Positions 16,446 through 26,298 of a stretch of DNA of 34,554 nucleotides are shown here, piece after piece (the first letter of the stretch is position 1; the number at the start of each line of letters is the position of its first letter). A model generated the notes under the pieces. That model was given only the letters and a program-made list of their open reading frames with translations. It did no database searches and was not told the origin of the DNA. The stretch is from Phycisphaerae bacterium (GTDB lineage Bacteria > Planctomycetota > Phycisphaerae > JAAYCJ01), in the NCBI GenBank assembly GCA_012514125.1, contig JAAZAW010000235.1:1-34554 (forward strand), written 5' to 3'. A program made the position numbers and the translations under genes.

Positions 16446-17735
16446 ATGGCGAGTTTAAAAGGTAATTGTGTACTGGCTCAGTCGGGTGGTCCGACCGCGG
16501 TGATTAATGCCAGCATTTGCGGCGCGGTTCAGGAAGCGATGCGGTATCCGGAAATATTCACGGGTATTTACGGCGCCGATAACGGTATCCTGGGGATTTT
16601 GAACGAAAAACTTTTCGATCTCGGACAAGAACCTGCCGACAATATCGAAGGGTTGAAGTCCACTCCGGCCGCTGCTCTTGGCTCGTGCCGATATAAACTC
16701 AAGGATCTGACACAATCTCGGGACGATTATGAGCGAATCATCGAAGTCTTCAAAGCTCATAATATTCGTTATTTCTTCTATGCAGGCGGAAACGATTCGA
16801 TGGACACCTGCGATAAGATTTGCAAACTCGCCAGAGAAACAGGCTATGATATGATCGCCGTCGGTATTGCCAAGACCATCGACAACGATCTGGCGTTTAC
16901 CGATCATTGCCCCGGTTTCGGCTCGGTCGTCAAATATAACGCCACCGCCATTATGGAAGCAGGCAAAGATACCGAAGCGATGTACACCGCTGATACCATT
17001 ACCGTTCAGGAAATTATGGGACGAAATGCCGGCTGGATCGCCGCGGGGACGGGAATGGCTCGACGAAGTTATGAAGATGCTCCGCATTTGATTTATATTC
17101 CGGAGATTCCCTTTGTGGTCGAAAATTTCGTTCAGGATGTCAAAGAAGTCCTCAAACGGATCGGCTATTGCGTGATTTCCGCCGGTGAAGGGATGAAAAA
17201 CGCCGAGGGTAAATATATTTCCGAAATGGGCGGCTCGTTCGGTAAGGACTCCTTTGGTCATGCCCAGCTTGGCGGTGTGGCGGATATTCTGCGTGGCATT
17301 ATTGAAAGCGAAATCAAAGTCAAATGCCGGACACAAAAATTGGGAACCTGTCAGCGATCAGCTATGCACTTTGCTTCTCTTACCGACGTTAATGAAGCCT
17401 ATATGTGCGGTCAGGCTGCTGTCAAAGCTGCGGCTGAGGGAATTTCAGGCAAAATGGTCACACTGGTCCGCGAGGGCGACGGTGCGAACTATCGATGCAC
17501 GACCGGTCTGGCAGACCTTAGTGCCGTAGCCAACGGTGAAAAATATCTGCCTCGAGAATTTATGGACGAACGTGGAACCTCCATCACCGACGCGATGCGA
17601 AAATATATGACCCCGCTGCTCCAGGGAGAGGCTCCTGTCCGTATCGGAGACGACGGATTGCCGGTTTACGTTCGTTTGCAGAAACACCGGCTTGCTCCGA
17701 AAACGGGGCGTGAATATTCCGCCGGTAAAAAATAA
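16446..17735 (+). CDS. pfp: 6-phosphofructokinase, probably PPi-dependent
   Basis: QSGGPTAVIN; GGNDSMD and KTIDND (Asp/Lys signature of PPi-PFKs); EIMGRNAGW; AGGAG RBS before ATG 16446. Confidence 0.9.
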   Translation: MASLKGNCVLAQSGGPTAVINASICGAVQEAMRYPEIFTGIYGADNGILGILNEKLFDLGQEPADNIEGLKSTPAAALGSCRYKLKDLTQSRDDYERIIEVFKAHNIRYFFYAGGNDSMDTCDKICKLARETGYDMIAVGIAKTIDNDLAFTDHCPGFGSVVKYNATAIMEAGKDTEAMYTADTITVQEIMGRNAGWIAAGTGMARRSYEDAPHLIYIPEIPFVVENFVQDVKEVLKRIGYCVISAGEGMKNAEGKYISEMGGSFGKDSFGHAQLGGVADILRGIIESEIKVKCRTQKLGTCQRSAMHFASLTDVNEAYMCGQAAVKAAAEGISGKMVTLVREGDGANYRCTTGLADLSAVANGEKYLPREFMDERGTSITDAMRKYMTPLLQGEAPVRIGDDGLPVYVRLQKHRLAPKTGREYSAGKK

Positions 17736-17898
17736 TGAGCGGCTTTCATAATTTACAAAAGAGACGCGACCGGAAGGGCGTGTGGGAGTGTTTGCGAATT
17801 CCGTGAAAACCACTGGCGTTACTTTGACAATTTCGGTACACTCTTGAAATAGAAAAAGGAGGTATGATAGTTTTTTATAAAATCGTGAGGAGATTTGG

Positions 17899-19380
17899 GT
17901 GCTCAAGTTTCTGGTTTTCAAAGATGGGTCTCCGGTTGACCAACTGGATGTAACGTCGGCGCACATGCTTGGCCAGGACGACGTACCGGTCAAAAGCCAG
18001 GTTGAATATGCGGATCGTTTGCTGACGTGTCAGAAAATGACGGAAGAAGCCGGCGCGTTGGCGATCTTGTGGGACGTTCGCGGGGCCGGTAAGTATCTGC
18101 TGCAAACCACCCGACTTCCCAGCAGGGAAAAACCCTATATCCTGAACGTCGAACTCGCTCGCTGGCGGCTGATGCGGATTTTAAGCAAACTTGAAGACTG
18201 GGGACTTTTTGAATATCCCAAAACCGAATCGATCATGGAACTCGTTGAGACGAGCAGGAAGTTATTTATCAACGCCCTTCAGGAATCGCAATCTCCGGCC
18301 AAGGCGGCGGACCTTGCGGATCAATCTCTGGAGAAATCCATGGAAGCCGGCGATGCGCTGGCCAAGTTTCATGCCTCGCACCTGCTTGGGATAAAATTGC
18401 AATCGGGTGTACTGAATCGAAAACTCTTTGGTTGTAGAGTCAATCCCGGTGTGACCACCGATCAGCTTAGTCCGGAAGTGCTGGCTACCTTGAATTTTGT
18501 CCAGATTCCGCTTAACTGGGGACAACTTCATACGGGTCGTCAGCAGTTTAATCTTGGGCCCCTCGATCGGCAGGTCGAATTTTTTCTCAAACGAAAGATG
18601 TCTATCCGGTTTGGTTCGGTGATCTCATTTGCCCAAGCCAATATTCCCGCCTGGCTTAAAGGGAAAAATATCGAATTCGATGTTTTGCGCGATCTGGTGT
18701 ATGAATATCTTACCGCTATCGCCGGGCGATACGGCAAGTGTATCCGCAGCTGGGCAGTGGTGAGCGGGCTTCACGCCGAGAATTATTTCGGATTGAATTT
18801 CGAGCAGATTCTGGATATTACCAGACTGGCTTCGACGCGGGCGAAGCAACTGTGCCCGCGGGCCGGCGCTGTGATTGAAATCGTCCATCCCTGGGGCGAA
18901 TATTACGCCCATACGCCTAAGACAATTCATCCTTTCCTGTATGCGGATATGGTCGCACAGAGCGGGATCAATTTCGACGCTTTTGCGCTCCATCTGCCTT
19001 TTGGTGCCGCGAAAGATGGTTTTTATGTGCGGGACTTTTTCCAGATTTCGTCGCTGATCGATCGGTATGCACTGGGAAAACCCATTCACCTGACGACCGC
19101 GGTTCCGGCGATGACTTTACCGGAGAGAGATTGCGGCTATTGCGATACGCCCTGGACACCGGAAGCCCAGGCGAAGTGGTTTGAATGTTTTTGTCAGATA
19201 GCGATAAGCAAACCGCTTATCGAGTCGATTACCTGGGAAACGCTCAGTGATCCTTTCAGCGAAAGTATTCCGGGTAGTGGTTTGTTGGACGACCAGTGGA
19301 CCGCCAGACCGATTCTGGCCCGGATTTACGAGATGCAAAAGAAGTTTCTCGATTCCAAACAGCGAATTCCGCCGCAATAA
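17899..19380 (+). CDS. GH10 (endo-xylanase)-like TIM-barrel protein with an extra N-terminal domain, no signal peptide, catalytic Glu residues apparently absent
   Basis: GH10-like spacing (W..L..G..NL..LD..V; P.WL; RYG..I.SWAVV; QAKW; ITW..LSD; GLLD....P); GAGGAG RBS and GTG start. Confidence 0.65.
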   Translation: MLKFLVFKDGSPVDQLDVTSAHMLGQDDVPVKSQVEYADRLLTCQKMTEEAGALAILWDVRGAGKYLLQTTRLPSREKPYILNVELARWRLMRILSKLEDWGLFEYPKTESIMELVETSRKLFINALQESQSPAKAADLADQSLEKSMEAGDALAKFHASHLLGIKLQSGVLNRKLFGCRVNPGVTTDQLSPEVLATLNFVQIPLNWGQLHTGRQQFNLGPLDRQVEFFLKRKMSIRFGSVISFAQANIPAWLKGKNIEFDVLRDLVYEYLTAIAGRYGKCIRSWAVVSGLHAENYFGLNFEQILDITRLASTRAKQLCPRAGAVIEIVHPWGEYYAHTPKTIHPFLYADMVAQSGINFDAFALHLPFGAAKDGFYVRDFFQISSLIDRYALGKPIHLTTAVPAMTLPERDCGYCDTPWTPEAQAKWFECFCQIAISKPLIESITWETLSDPFSESIPGSGLLDDQWTARPILARIYEMQKKFLDSKQRIPPQ

Positions 19381-19401
19381 ATTGAGATGTGGGGGTGGAT
19401 C

Positions 19402-19806
19402 ATGGCTTGGAGTTTCGACGATCAACAACTTGTGCGACGCAACCGGCTTGTGATCGCGGGCGTACTGATTGCGATCATTTTGCTGGATGTCGGAGTCATT
19501 GTGTATCGTAAAATCGATCATGCCGAATATGTTGTTGAATATCAGCCGATGAACTTTGTCGTTCACTTCGATCCGAATTCCGCGCAAGTGGACGAGCTTG
19601 AAGTTCTGCCGGGACTCAACCGGAACTTGGCACAGGCTATTGTCGATTATCGTGAGGAGTCTCAGCGGTATTATCCGGATCGAACCGTTTTTATGCAGGC
19701 TGCCGACCTGATGCAGGTCAAAGGAATTTCAGAAAAAACAATAACCCAGGCGGAGAAGTTTCTGATTTTTCCTCAGAAAGCAACGCCGGAGAAAGATGGA
19801 AATTAG
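19402..19806 (+). CDS. ComEA-like helix-hairpin-helix DNA-binding membrane protein
   Basis: One N-terminal TM segment; DPNSAQVDELEVLPGLNRNLAQAIVDYRE and DLMQVKGISEKT HhH motifs. Confidence 0.85.
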   Translation: MAWSFDDQQLVRRNRLVIAGVLIAIILLDVGVIVYRKIDHAEYVVEYQPMNFVVHFDPNSAQVDELEVLPGLNRNLAQAIVDYREESQRYYPDRTVFMQAADLMQVKGISEKTITQAEKFLIFPQKATPEKDGN

Positions 19807-19870
19807 ATGGTGGAAGCATTCTGTAAGACGCTTCTGACTTCCAACTAAAACCATTTGATCGAGGATTGAC

Positions 19871-20779
19871 ATGCGGGATATTCACGATGTTCCGAAAATA
19901 CCGGGCAGGCCTTGCGATGCTCATAAGGGAACCTTCGGGCGGGTTCTGATTGTGGGCGGATCACGCAACTATCTTGGCGCACCGGCTTTGGCTGCCAACG
20001 CCGCTTTGCGATCGGGCGCGGGACTGGTCACCATGGCGTTGCCTGGATCGGTCCAACCGGTGATTGCTCCCCTGGCTTGGTGCGCAACGTCCTGGCCTTT
20101 GCCGGAAGATGAGCGGGGCGTGTTCCATACCGACGCGATGCCCGAATTGCTCGACGCAATCCTTCACCGGAAACTTTATAACGTCGTTGCCGTTGGTCCG
20201 GGACTCGGCGATTGCAAACCCATTGTCCCGTTTATCGCGGAACTCAATCGCGCGAAAATTCCCTGCGTGGTCGATGCCGACGCGTTGAATCGATTGGCGG
20301 AAGTTTCGTGGTATGGTCTGCTGTCCGGCCCCTGCGTCATCACGCCTCACCCTGGTGAATTGGCTAGACTTCTGGGCGGATCGACTTCGGAGATTCAAGC
20401 GGATCGAGATCGAAAATGCCTTCAGGCGGTGGTTAAAATGCGAGGCGACCGGACAGGCGAACAGAGCGAATCGGTTTGCCTGCTCAAAGGTCATCGAACG
20501 CTGGTCTCCGACGGTGAACGTTTTTACACCAATACCACGGGCAATCCGGGAATGGCGACCGGCGGGACGGGCGATGTTCTGGCAGGGATGATCGCCGCAT
20601 TGATCGCGCAAGGCCTTTCGACTTTCGAAGCTGCCGCACTGGGAGCTTATGTTCATGGTCTTGCGGGCGATCTGGCTGCGGAACAACTTGGCGAAATATC
20701 CTTGATGGCGGACGACCTGCTGACCTGGTTGCCGGCTGCATTTAAAAAGACAACCACGTTTGCCGATAAACGACATTAA
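19871..20779 (+). CDS. nnrD: ADP/ATP-dependent NAD(P)H-hydrate dehydratase (stand-alone YjeF C-terminal domain)
   Basis: HKGTFGRVLIVGGS, ALRSGAGLV, GPGLG, VVDADAL, ITPHPGELARL, GNPGMATGGTGDVLAG. Confidence 0.95.
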   Translation: MRDIHDVPKIPGRPCDAHKGTFGRVLIVGGSRNYLGAPALAANAALRSGAGLVTMALPGSVQPVIAPLAWCATSWPLPEDERGVFHTDAMPELLDAILHRKLYNVVAVGPGLGDCKPIVPFIAELNRAKIPCVVDADALNRLAEVSWYGLLSGPCVITPHPGELARLLGGSTSEIQADRDRKCLQAVVKMRGDRTGEQSESVCLLKGHRTLVSDGERFYTNTTGNPGMATGGTGDVLAGMIAALIAQGLSTFEAAALGAYVHGLAGDLAAEQLGEISLMADDLLTWLPAAFKKTTTFADKRH

Positions 20780-21405
20780 AACTCTTTCGCAAGCATTCTT
20801 GCCTGGTCCGCCAGCGAATTTCGCCGTTCGACGGTAGCGTTTCGGTCGGCATTGAGGGTATCGTCCATGGTCAATTCCTTGATATCGGTGATGCCGATAA
20901 AGTTCAAAATCGCGCGGATGTACCGCGATTGATAATCGAGGTCCTGGCCCGGGGGGGTGGTGTATTGTCCACCGCTGGCGTAGACCACCAGGGCTTTTTT
21001 GCCTGTGACCAGCCCCACATAGCCTTTTTCCGGATCGACGCGGAAGGTATAGCCCGGTTGAACGAGCAGATCGATGTAGTGTTTGAGGCGGTAGGGAATG
21101 CCGAAGTTCCACATCGGTACGGCGAAGACGTATTTGTCGAACGAGGTGAATTCTTCGATAATTTTTTCAACGGCCTGCCAGGAGGTTTTTTCTTGAGGCG
21201 TGGCATTTTGGCCGTGAAGTATCGCATATTTGGCGTTGATGACCGGCCCGTCGAAGGAGGGCAGATCGGTGGTAAAGACATTTATCGTCTCGATCCGGTC
21301 CTGTGGATGGTACTGACGATACGCATCGACGAACGCATTGGCGATATGGAGTGAATAAGACCTTTCGATTCTCGGTGACGCCATCATGTAAAGTAATTTA
21401 TGCAT
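20776..21405 (-). CDS. azoR: FMN-dependent NADH-azoreductase/quinone reductase
   Basis: [44 protein letters not shown]; ATG 21405 with an AAGGA RBS overlapping the yyaL stop. Confidence 0.92.
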   Translation of the reverse strand: MHKLLYMMASPRIERSYSLHIANAFVDAYRQYHPQDRIETINVFTTDLPSFDGPVINAKYAILHGQNATPQEKTSWQAVEKIIEEFTSFDKYVFAVPMWNFGIPYRLKHYIDLLVQPGYTFRVDPEKGYVGLVTGKKALVVYASGGQYTTPPGQDLDYQSRYIRAILNFIGITDIKELTMDDTLNADRNATVERRNSLADQARMLAKEF

Positions 21406-23590
21406 CGGCAAATTCCTTTCTTTCAAAATTTTCTTCAGGTTCAAATTTAAGCATATTAAGCATTTCATCAATCGAGGTGGTTGGCGGCTGACAGATCAAA
21501 TCCTGACAGACATACGCTGTTGCCTGAGAGTCTTTGGGTTGATAAAACTCGGTGAAAGGCGCAATTTCGACGATTTTAGGGAATTTGACCTCGGCGGGTT
21601 TGAACAAAATTACGGCGTTGGGCAGAAATTGTGAATGAAGGGCGTGGATCATTTTTTTGGTGTCCTGTGACTGGGAATTTCCGACGATGATGATTTCGTA
21701 GGTTGGTCCGGCTTGAAATTCGAGTCCGATGAGAAGCTGAGTAAAGGCGGAGGGTGATTTTCGGACAACGGCGGCGATGGATTTTTCGACTCTGGAAGCG
21801 ATTTCTTCAAGCTGGGCGTTTCCGGTAAAGCGTGCGAGCCGACGAAGGTTGTAGGTTTCGACGGAGTTTCCTGCAGGGGTCGCGCCGTCGAAAATTTCTC
21901 TGGGTCGTAAGAGTAAATCTTCGCCGGCATCGTCGGCAGTGAGACAGAAAATATTTTCGGCGCTATCGAAGAAATGTTCTTGAATGATACGGTTGGTTTC
22001 CATGGCGGTTTGCAGATATCTGGTGTCGAAAAGCGTTTCATAAAGTTCAATCGCCGCCCAGGTGAAAAAGGCGTAATCGTTGAGGTTTCCGGGGACGTCG
22101 GATTCATTTTCACGGAAGCGATGCAAGAGTCGGCCCTGATTGGTTTTGAGATGATTTTGAATGAAGTCGAATGTTTTGACGGCATGGGCGGCGTATTGAG
22201 GTTCGTCGAACGCGCGTGCCGCCTTGGCCAGCGCGACGATCATCAGGCTGTTCCAGTCGGTCAGGATTTTGTCGTCCCGATACGGTCTGGGGCGTTGCCG
22301 GCGAGTTTTGAAGAGTTTTTCTCGTGCCTGATCCAGGTGGCGGGCGAAAGTTGATTCGGAGGTGTGATTGTCGGCTGCGAGATCGGCAAGGGATTTATTA
22401 CGATGGAGGATATTCATGCCGTTTTTGTTGCCGGTGCTTTGATCGACAAAATTACCGTTGGGGGTGATGTTGAATGTTTTAACGGTCAGGTCGGCTCGGG
22501 TTTTACTCAGGGCCTGTTGAATTTCCTGCATGCTCCAGAGGTAGAATTTTCCTTCTTTTCCTTCGCTGTCGGCGTCTTCGGCGGAATAAAAGGCTCCTTC
22601 GGGAGAGGCGAGGTCTCGGAGGGTGTAGGTTAGAATTTCCTTTGCGGTGTCTGCGTAAAAAGGATTTTGGGTGGCTAGAAATGTTTCGGTATAAACGATG
22701 GTCAATTGTGCCTGATCGTAGAGCATTTTTTCGAAGTGGGGGACCAGCCATTGACTGTCGGTGGCGTAACGGTGGACTCCGAATCCGAGATGGTCGTAAA
22801 TTCCGCCCTGGCGGATTGCGTGGAGTGTTTTTTCGACCATTTGGCGGGCTTTTTCGTTTTGGGTTCGATACCAGTATCTCAGGAGGAACAAGAAGTTATG
22901 GCTGGTGGGGAATTTGATCGATTGTCCGAAACCGCCGAAGCGTTCATCGAAGTTTTGGGCGAGTTCGGAAAAGGCGAAGTCGAGGACATTATTGTTGAGT
23001 TCTCCTTCGCCTTTGATTGTTACGGCCTGGTGTAAGAAGGAGGTGATTTGTTCGGCGGACTGGAGGAGTTCGTCGTGATTGTTGTTCCAGAATTCTTGGA
23101 TGCGCTGGGTGAGTTCGAGCAGGCCTACCATGCCGTGGCGCGAGGTTCTGGGGATGTAGGTTCCGGCGAAAAAAGGTTTTTTGTCGGGGGTCATGAAGAT
23201 GGACAAAGGCCAGCCGCCGTTTCCGGTGAGGATCTGGCAGACGTTCATGTAGAGGCTGTCGATATCGGGGCGTTCTTCCCGATCGACCTTGATGCAGACA
23301 AACGTGTTATTGAGGGCTTCACCGACTTCCGGATCGCTGAAGGATTCCTGTTCCATGACGTGGCACCAGTGGCAGGTGGAATATCCGATGGACAGGAAAA
23401 TGGGTTTGTTTTCCTGTCGTGCTTTTTCGAAGGCTTCTTCGCTCCAGGGGTACCAGTCCACGGGATTATGGGCGTGCTGGAGAAGATAGGGGCTTTTTTC
23501 GTTGGCGAGACGATTGGTATATTCCTGAACCGCACCGGTGGAGCTTTGGCTCGAACCGGTGTGATGATGATTGTGGTTTGAACGTTTCAT
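21398..23590 (-). CDS. yyaL: Thioredoxin-domain protein of the YyaL/SSP411 (DUF255) family
   Basis: [68 protein letters not shown]. Confidence 0.93.
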   Translation of the reverse strand: MKRSNHNHHHTGSSQSSTGAVQEYTNRLANEKSPYLLQHAHNPVDWYPWSEEAFEKARQENKPIFLSIGYSTCHWCHVMEQESFSDPEVGEALNNTFVCIKVDREERPDIDSLYMNVCQILTGNGGWPLSIFMTPDKKPFFAGTYIPRTSRHGMVGLLELTQRIQEFWNNNHDELLQSAEQITSFLHQAVTIKGEGELNNNVLDFAFSELAQNFDERFGGFGQSIKFPTSHNFLFLLRYWYRTQNEKARQMVEKTLHAIRQGGIYDHLGFGVHRYATDSQWLVPHFEKMLYDQAQLTIVYTETFLATQNPFYADTAKEILTYTLRDLASPEGAFYSAEDADSEGKEGKFYLWSMQEIQQALSKTRADLTVKTFNITPNGNFVDQSTGNKNGMNILHRNKSLADLAADNHTSESTFARHLDQAREKLFKTRRQRPRPYRDDKILTDWNSLMIVALAKAARAFDEPQYAAHAVKTFDFIQNHLKTNQGRLLHRFRENESDVPGNLNDYAFFTWAAIELYETLFDTRYLQTAMETNRIIQEHFFDSAENIFCLTADDAGEDLLLRPREIFDGATPAGNSVETYNLRRLARFTGNAQLEEIASRVEKSIAAVVRKSPSAFTQLLIGLEFQAGPTYEIIIVGNSQSQDTKKMIHALHSQFLPNAVILFKPAEVKFPKIVEIAPFTEFYQPKDSQATAYVCQDLICQPPTTSIDEMLNMLKFEPEENFERKEFADA

Positions 23591-23607
23591 TTTTTTCCCT
23601 CCCGTAA

Positions 23608-23663
23608 AGTTAGTTGGAAGTTGGTGTTTTCGAAACTTTTAACTTTTTAACTTCCAACTTCTA
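23608..23663. repeat. AGTTGGA/AACTTCC heptamer arrays in inverted arrangement
   Basis: agttggaagtt (23612-22) is the perfect inverse of aacttccaact (23649-59); extra degenerate units aactttt. Confidence 0.75.
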
Positions 23664-23685
23664 GTTTTGTTTTCAAAAAGTATGT

Positions 23686-24396
23686 TCAGGTTTCGATGAG
23701 GATGGTCTTGGTGATTTTTTGGGCCGCTTCTTTATCCATAAGCCAGATGGCGTTATGCACAATTCTGGCGGGAGTTTCCAGGATATTTCCCGTTTCGGCA
23801 AAGACCTGTTGGACGGCGTTGGCTTTGTTCGTTCCCGATACGAGGACCATGATTTCCGAGGCGCAGGCAATTCCTTTGGGGGTGATGGTGATGCGGGACG
23901 GGGGTTCCGCCGGGGTCTGGACCGCAAGAAACTTACGGGTTTGTTCTTCCAGAGCAGTGGAATGTGGGAAAAGCGAGGCGGTATGGCCGTCGGTTCCAAT
24001 TCCCAGCAACAGCAGATCGGGACGGGGGGGGAACTCGACTTCGTAACATTTGGCTTCGACGTGCGGGTCGTCGGCTTCGCCATGAATGCGATGGATGTTG
24101 TCGGCTGGGATTCGGACGGTGTCGAGAAAACTTTGCCGGGCCATCATGAAGTTGCTTCGCGAATCGTCCGGCAGGACACAGCGTTCGTCGGACCAGTAGA
24201 CCTGGGTATTTTCCCAGAGTCGGCGTTTATGTTCCCATTGTCGACCCAGGAGCGAATAGGCTTGTTTGGGTGTGCTTCCACCGGAGAGGACGAGTTCGAA
24301 TTTTCCACGATCTTCGAGGCATTGGAGTCCGATGGTCACAATGGCTTGGGCTGCCATTTCGCTTAAAGTTTGATAGTCCTGAAATATTCGTATCAT
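23686..24396 (-). CDS. pgl: 6-phosphogluconolactonase
   Basis: LSGGSTP, WSDERCV, SNF, LLGIGTDGHTASLFP, RITIT; directly downstream of zwf. Confidence 0.95.
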   Translation of the reverse strand: MIRIFQDYQTLSEMAAQAIVTIGLQCLEDRGKFELVLSGGSTPKQAYSLLGRQWEHKRRLWENTQVYWSDERCVLPDDSRSNFMMARQSFLDTVRIPADNIHRIHGEADDPHVEAKCYEVEFPPRPDLLLLGIGTDGHTASLFPHSTALEEQTRKFLAVQTPAEPPSRITITPKGIACASEIMVLVSGTNKANAVQQVFAETGNILETPARIVHNAIWLMDKEAAQKITKTILIET

Positions 24397-24419
24397 TTTT
24401 TGGCCTCTCGTTCATTCAT

Positions 24420-25868
24420 TCACAACCATTCTTTTTCATCCTGTCTGAGCAGGTCGTCTGCTTGTTGGGGGCCCCAGGTTCCGGGTTCATAGCTGAAGAT
24501 TTTATCGTCGGGACACGGTGTTGCGATGAGGGGTTCGACGGCTTTCCAGGCTGCTTCGATACTGGCGGCGCTCCAGAAGAGGGTTGGATCGCCCAGGAGT
24601 CCGTCGAGCAGGATTCGTTCGTAGGCTTCGGGCATTTTCATTCCCATCGAGGCGTAACGAAAATCCAGATGTACCGGTTCGATGCGGTCTTCGCGCTGAG
24701 GGGTTTTGACGGAAATGAGCAGTGAAATTCCTTCGTCGGGTTGAAGCCTGATGATCAGGCGATTGGATTGGACGTTACGGCAGAGCGCGGGGTTTTCCAT
24801 GACGCACAAGGGGATGCGTTTAAAATTGATGACGACTTGTGTCATCGATTGAGCCATATTTTTTCCGCAACGGATATAAAAGGGCACGCCGAACCATCGC
24901 CAGTTGTGGATGGCTAGTTTCACGGCGACATACGTGGGGGTTTTCGAGTTTGGATCGACGTTTTTTTCGTTTCGATATCCGTGGTATTGGCCGAAGACGA
25001 AATCCTGTTGCTGGATGGGTGAGAGGGACTTGAGGACTTGAAGTTTCTGGTCGTCGATCGAACCGGTGTATCCGACGACGGGCGATTCCATGGCGATCAG
25101 AGTGAGGACCTGCATGACGTGGTTTTGTACCATATCGCGCACGACGCCGGATTGTTCGTAATAGCTGCCGCGGCCTTCGACACCGATTTTTTCGGCGGCG
25201 GTGATTTGGACGCTGTCGATGTAGTTTCTGTTCCAGATCGGCTCGAAGACGGCGTTGGCGAATCGCAGGACGAGGAGATTTCGGATGGTGTCTTTGGCGA
25301 TATAATGATCGATGCGGTAGATGTGCTCAGGCTCGAAGAGATTCGAGAGCATCTGGTTAAGTCGCCGGGCGCCGGCCAGATCGTTTCCGAAGGGTTTTTC
25401 GATCATGATTCGGCAGGGGACTGGGGAGCGGCATTTTCCGATAAATTGGGTTTGTTCCATGGTTTTGAGGACGGTTTCCATTGTTTCGGGCGGCAGGGCC
25501 AGGTAGAAGAGGTAGTGGAGTTTTTCACAGGGTTTGATTTCCATGATCAGTGAGTTTAATTTTTGGAAATCGTCCGGATTATCGTAGTGCCCAGTGACAT
25601 AAAACAGGCGAGATTCAAACCGCTGCCAGGTTGACGGGTCGAATTTATTTTTTGAGAACGTTTCGACAGCATTTTTTAATTCATTTCGGAAGGAATCGTG
25701 GTTCAGCTCTGAACGGGCAAAGCCTACGATTTTGAATTGCTCTGGAAGCAGATTGGCGGATTCGAGATTGTACAAAGCGGGGATGAGCTTACGCCGGGTC
25801 AGATCGCCGGAAGCGCCGAAGATGATCATAACGCAGGGGACGTTGTTGTTTGTGAGTGATTGAGTCAT
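24420..25868 (-). CDS. zwf: Glucose-6-phosphate 1-dehydrogenase
   Basis: FGASGDLTRRKLIPAL, YLALPP, EKPFG, RIDHY, RDMVQNH, GVPFYIRCGK, AYERIL. Confidence 0.96.
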   Translation of the reverse strand: MTQSLTNNNVPCVMIIFGASGDLTRRKLIPALYNLESANLLPEQFKIVGFARSELNHDSFRNELKNAVETFSKNKFDPSTWQRFESRLFYVTGHYDNPDDFQKLNSLIMEIKPCEKLHYLFYLALPPETMETVLKTMEQTQFIGKCRSPVPCRIMIEKPFGNDLAGARRLNQMLSNLFEPEHIYRIDHYIAKDTIRNLLVLRFANAVFEPIWNRNYIDSVQITAAEKIGVEGRGSYYEQSGVVRDMVQNHVMQVLTLIAMESPVVGYTGSIDDQKLQVLKSLSPIQQQDFVFGQYHGYRNEKNVDPNSKTPTYVAVKLAIHNWRWFGVPFYIRCGKNMAQSMTQVVINFKRIPLCVMENPALCRNVQSNRLIIRLQPDEGISLLISVKTPQREDRIEPVHLDFRYASMGMKMPEAYERILLDGLLGDPTLFWSAASIEAAWKAVEPLIATPCPDDKIFSYEPGTWGPQQADDLLRQDEKEWL

Positions 25869-25924
25869 GCTGGTTCGTTCCTCCGTTTTTCGGGTTTATG
25901 GTCCGAGGTATTCTTAAATTATAT

Positions 25925-25964
25925 AGTTGGAAGTCGGAAGTTGGAAGTTGGAAGTTGGAAGTTG
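25925..25964 (+). repeat. Heptamer tandem array (AGTTGGA) x~5.7 attached to a family B element
   Basis: agttgga agtcgga agttgga agttgga agttgga agttg. Confidence 0.9.
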
Positions 25965-25967
25965 CGG

Positions 25968-26021
25968 AGAGGATTGTCTGATGATAGGAGTCGTTTTCGG
26001 ATTTCCGCTTTCGCGGGAATG
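25968..26021 (-). repeat. REP-like family B element, degenerate full-length copy
   Basis: Aligns without gaps to 10990-11043: agaggattgt-13 nt-YcgtttYYggattYccgctttcgcgggRatg. Confidence 0.8.
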
Positions 26022-26236
26022 TTTATTTGGTTTTTGATGTGACGACTTGTCTGATCGAAGAAGATAACTTCTTTCATAATTAAAGATAACACATGGCCGG
26101 CCAAATGCAAATTTTTGGGTTGGGCTGGAGGGGGGTAAAAGAGGCAAAGTGTGGTCGGCTTGGGGGTTATGGATTTAAAAAAAATAAAAAATTATTTTTG
26201 GCGGATATTTTTGGAGATTGGCGGCAGAGAGGCTAT

Positions 26237-26293
26237 AGGGATTTCTATAGAGATTTCTATGGAGGGCAGGGATTTCTATAGAAATCTCTATGG
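26237..26293. repeat. 26-bp direct repeat x2 built from 12-bp GATTTCTATAGA units and containing a perfect 16-bp palindrome
   Basis: agggatttctatagagatttctatgg (26237-62) and agggatttctatagaaatctctatgg (26268-93); gatttctatagaaatc at 26271-86. Confidence 0.8.
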
Positions 26294-26298
26294 CAATT

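Noticed and set aside
19961-21112. 383-aa minus-strand ORF across nnrD and azoR
   Set aside because: Out-of-frame or antisense overlap with two well-supported genes.
25978-25984. CTGATGA hammerhead core
   Set aside because: No stem II followed by GAAA; the bases align as a decayed family B linker.
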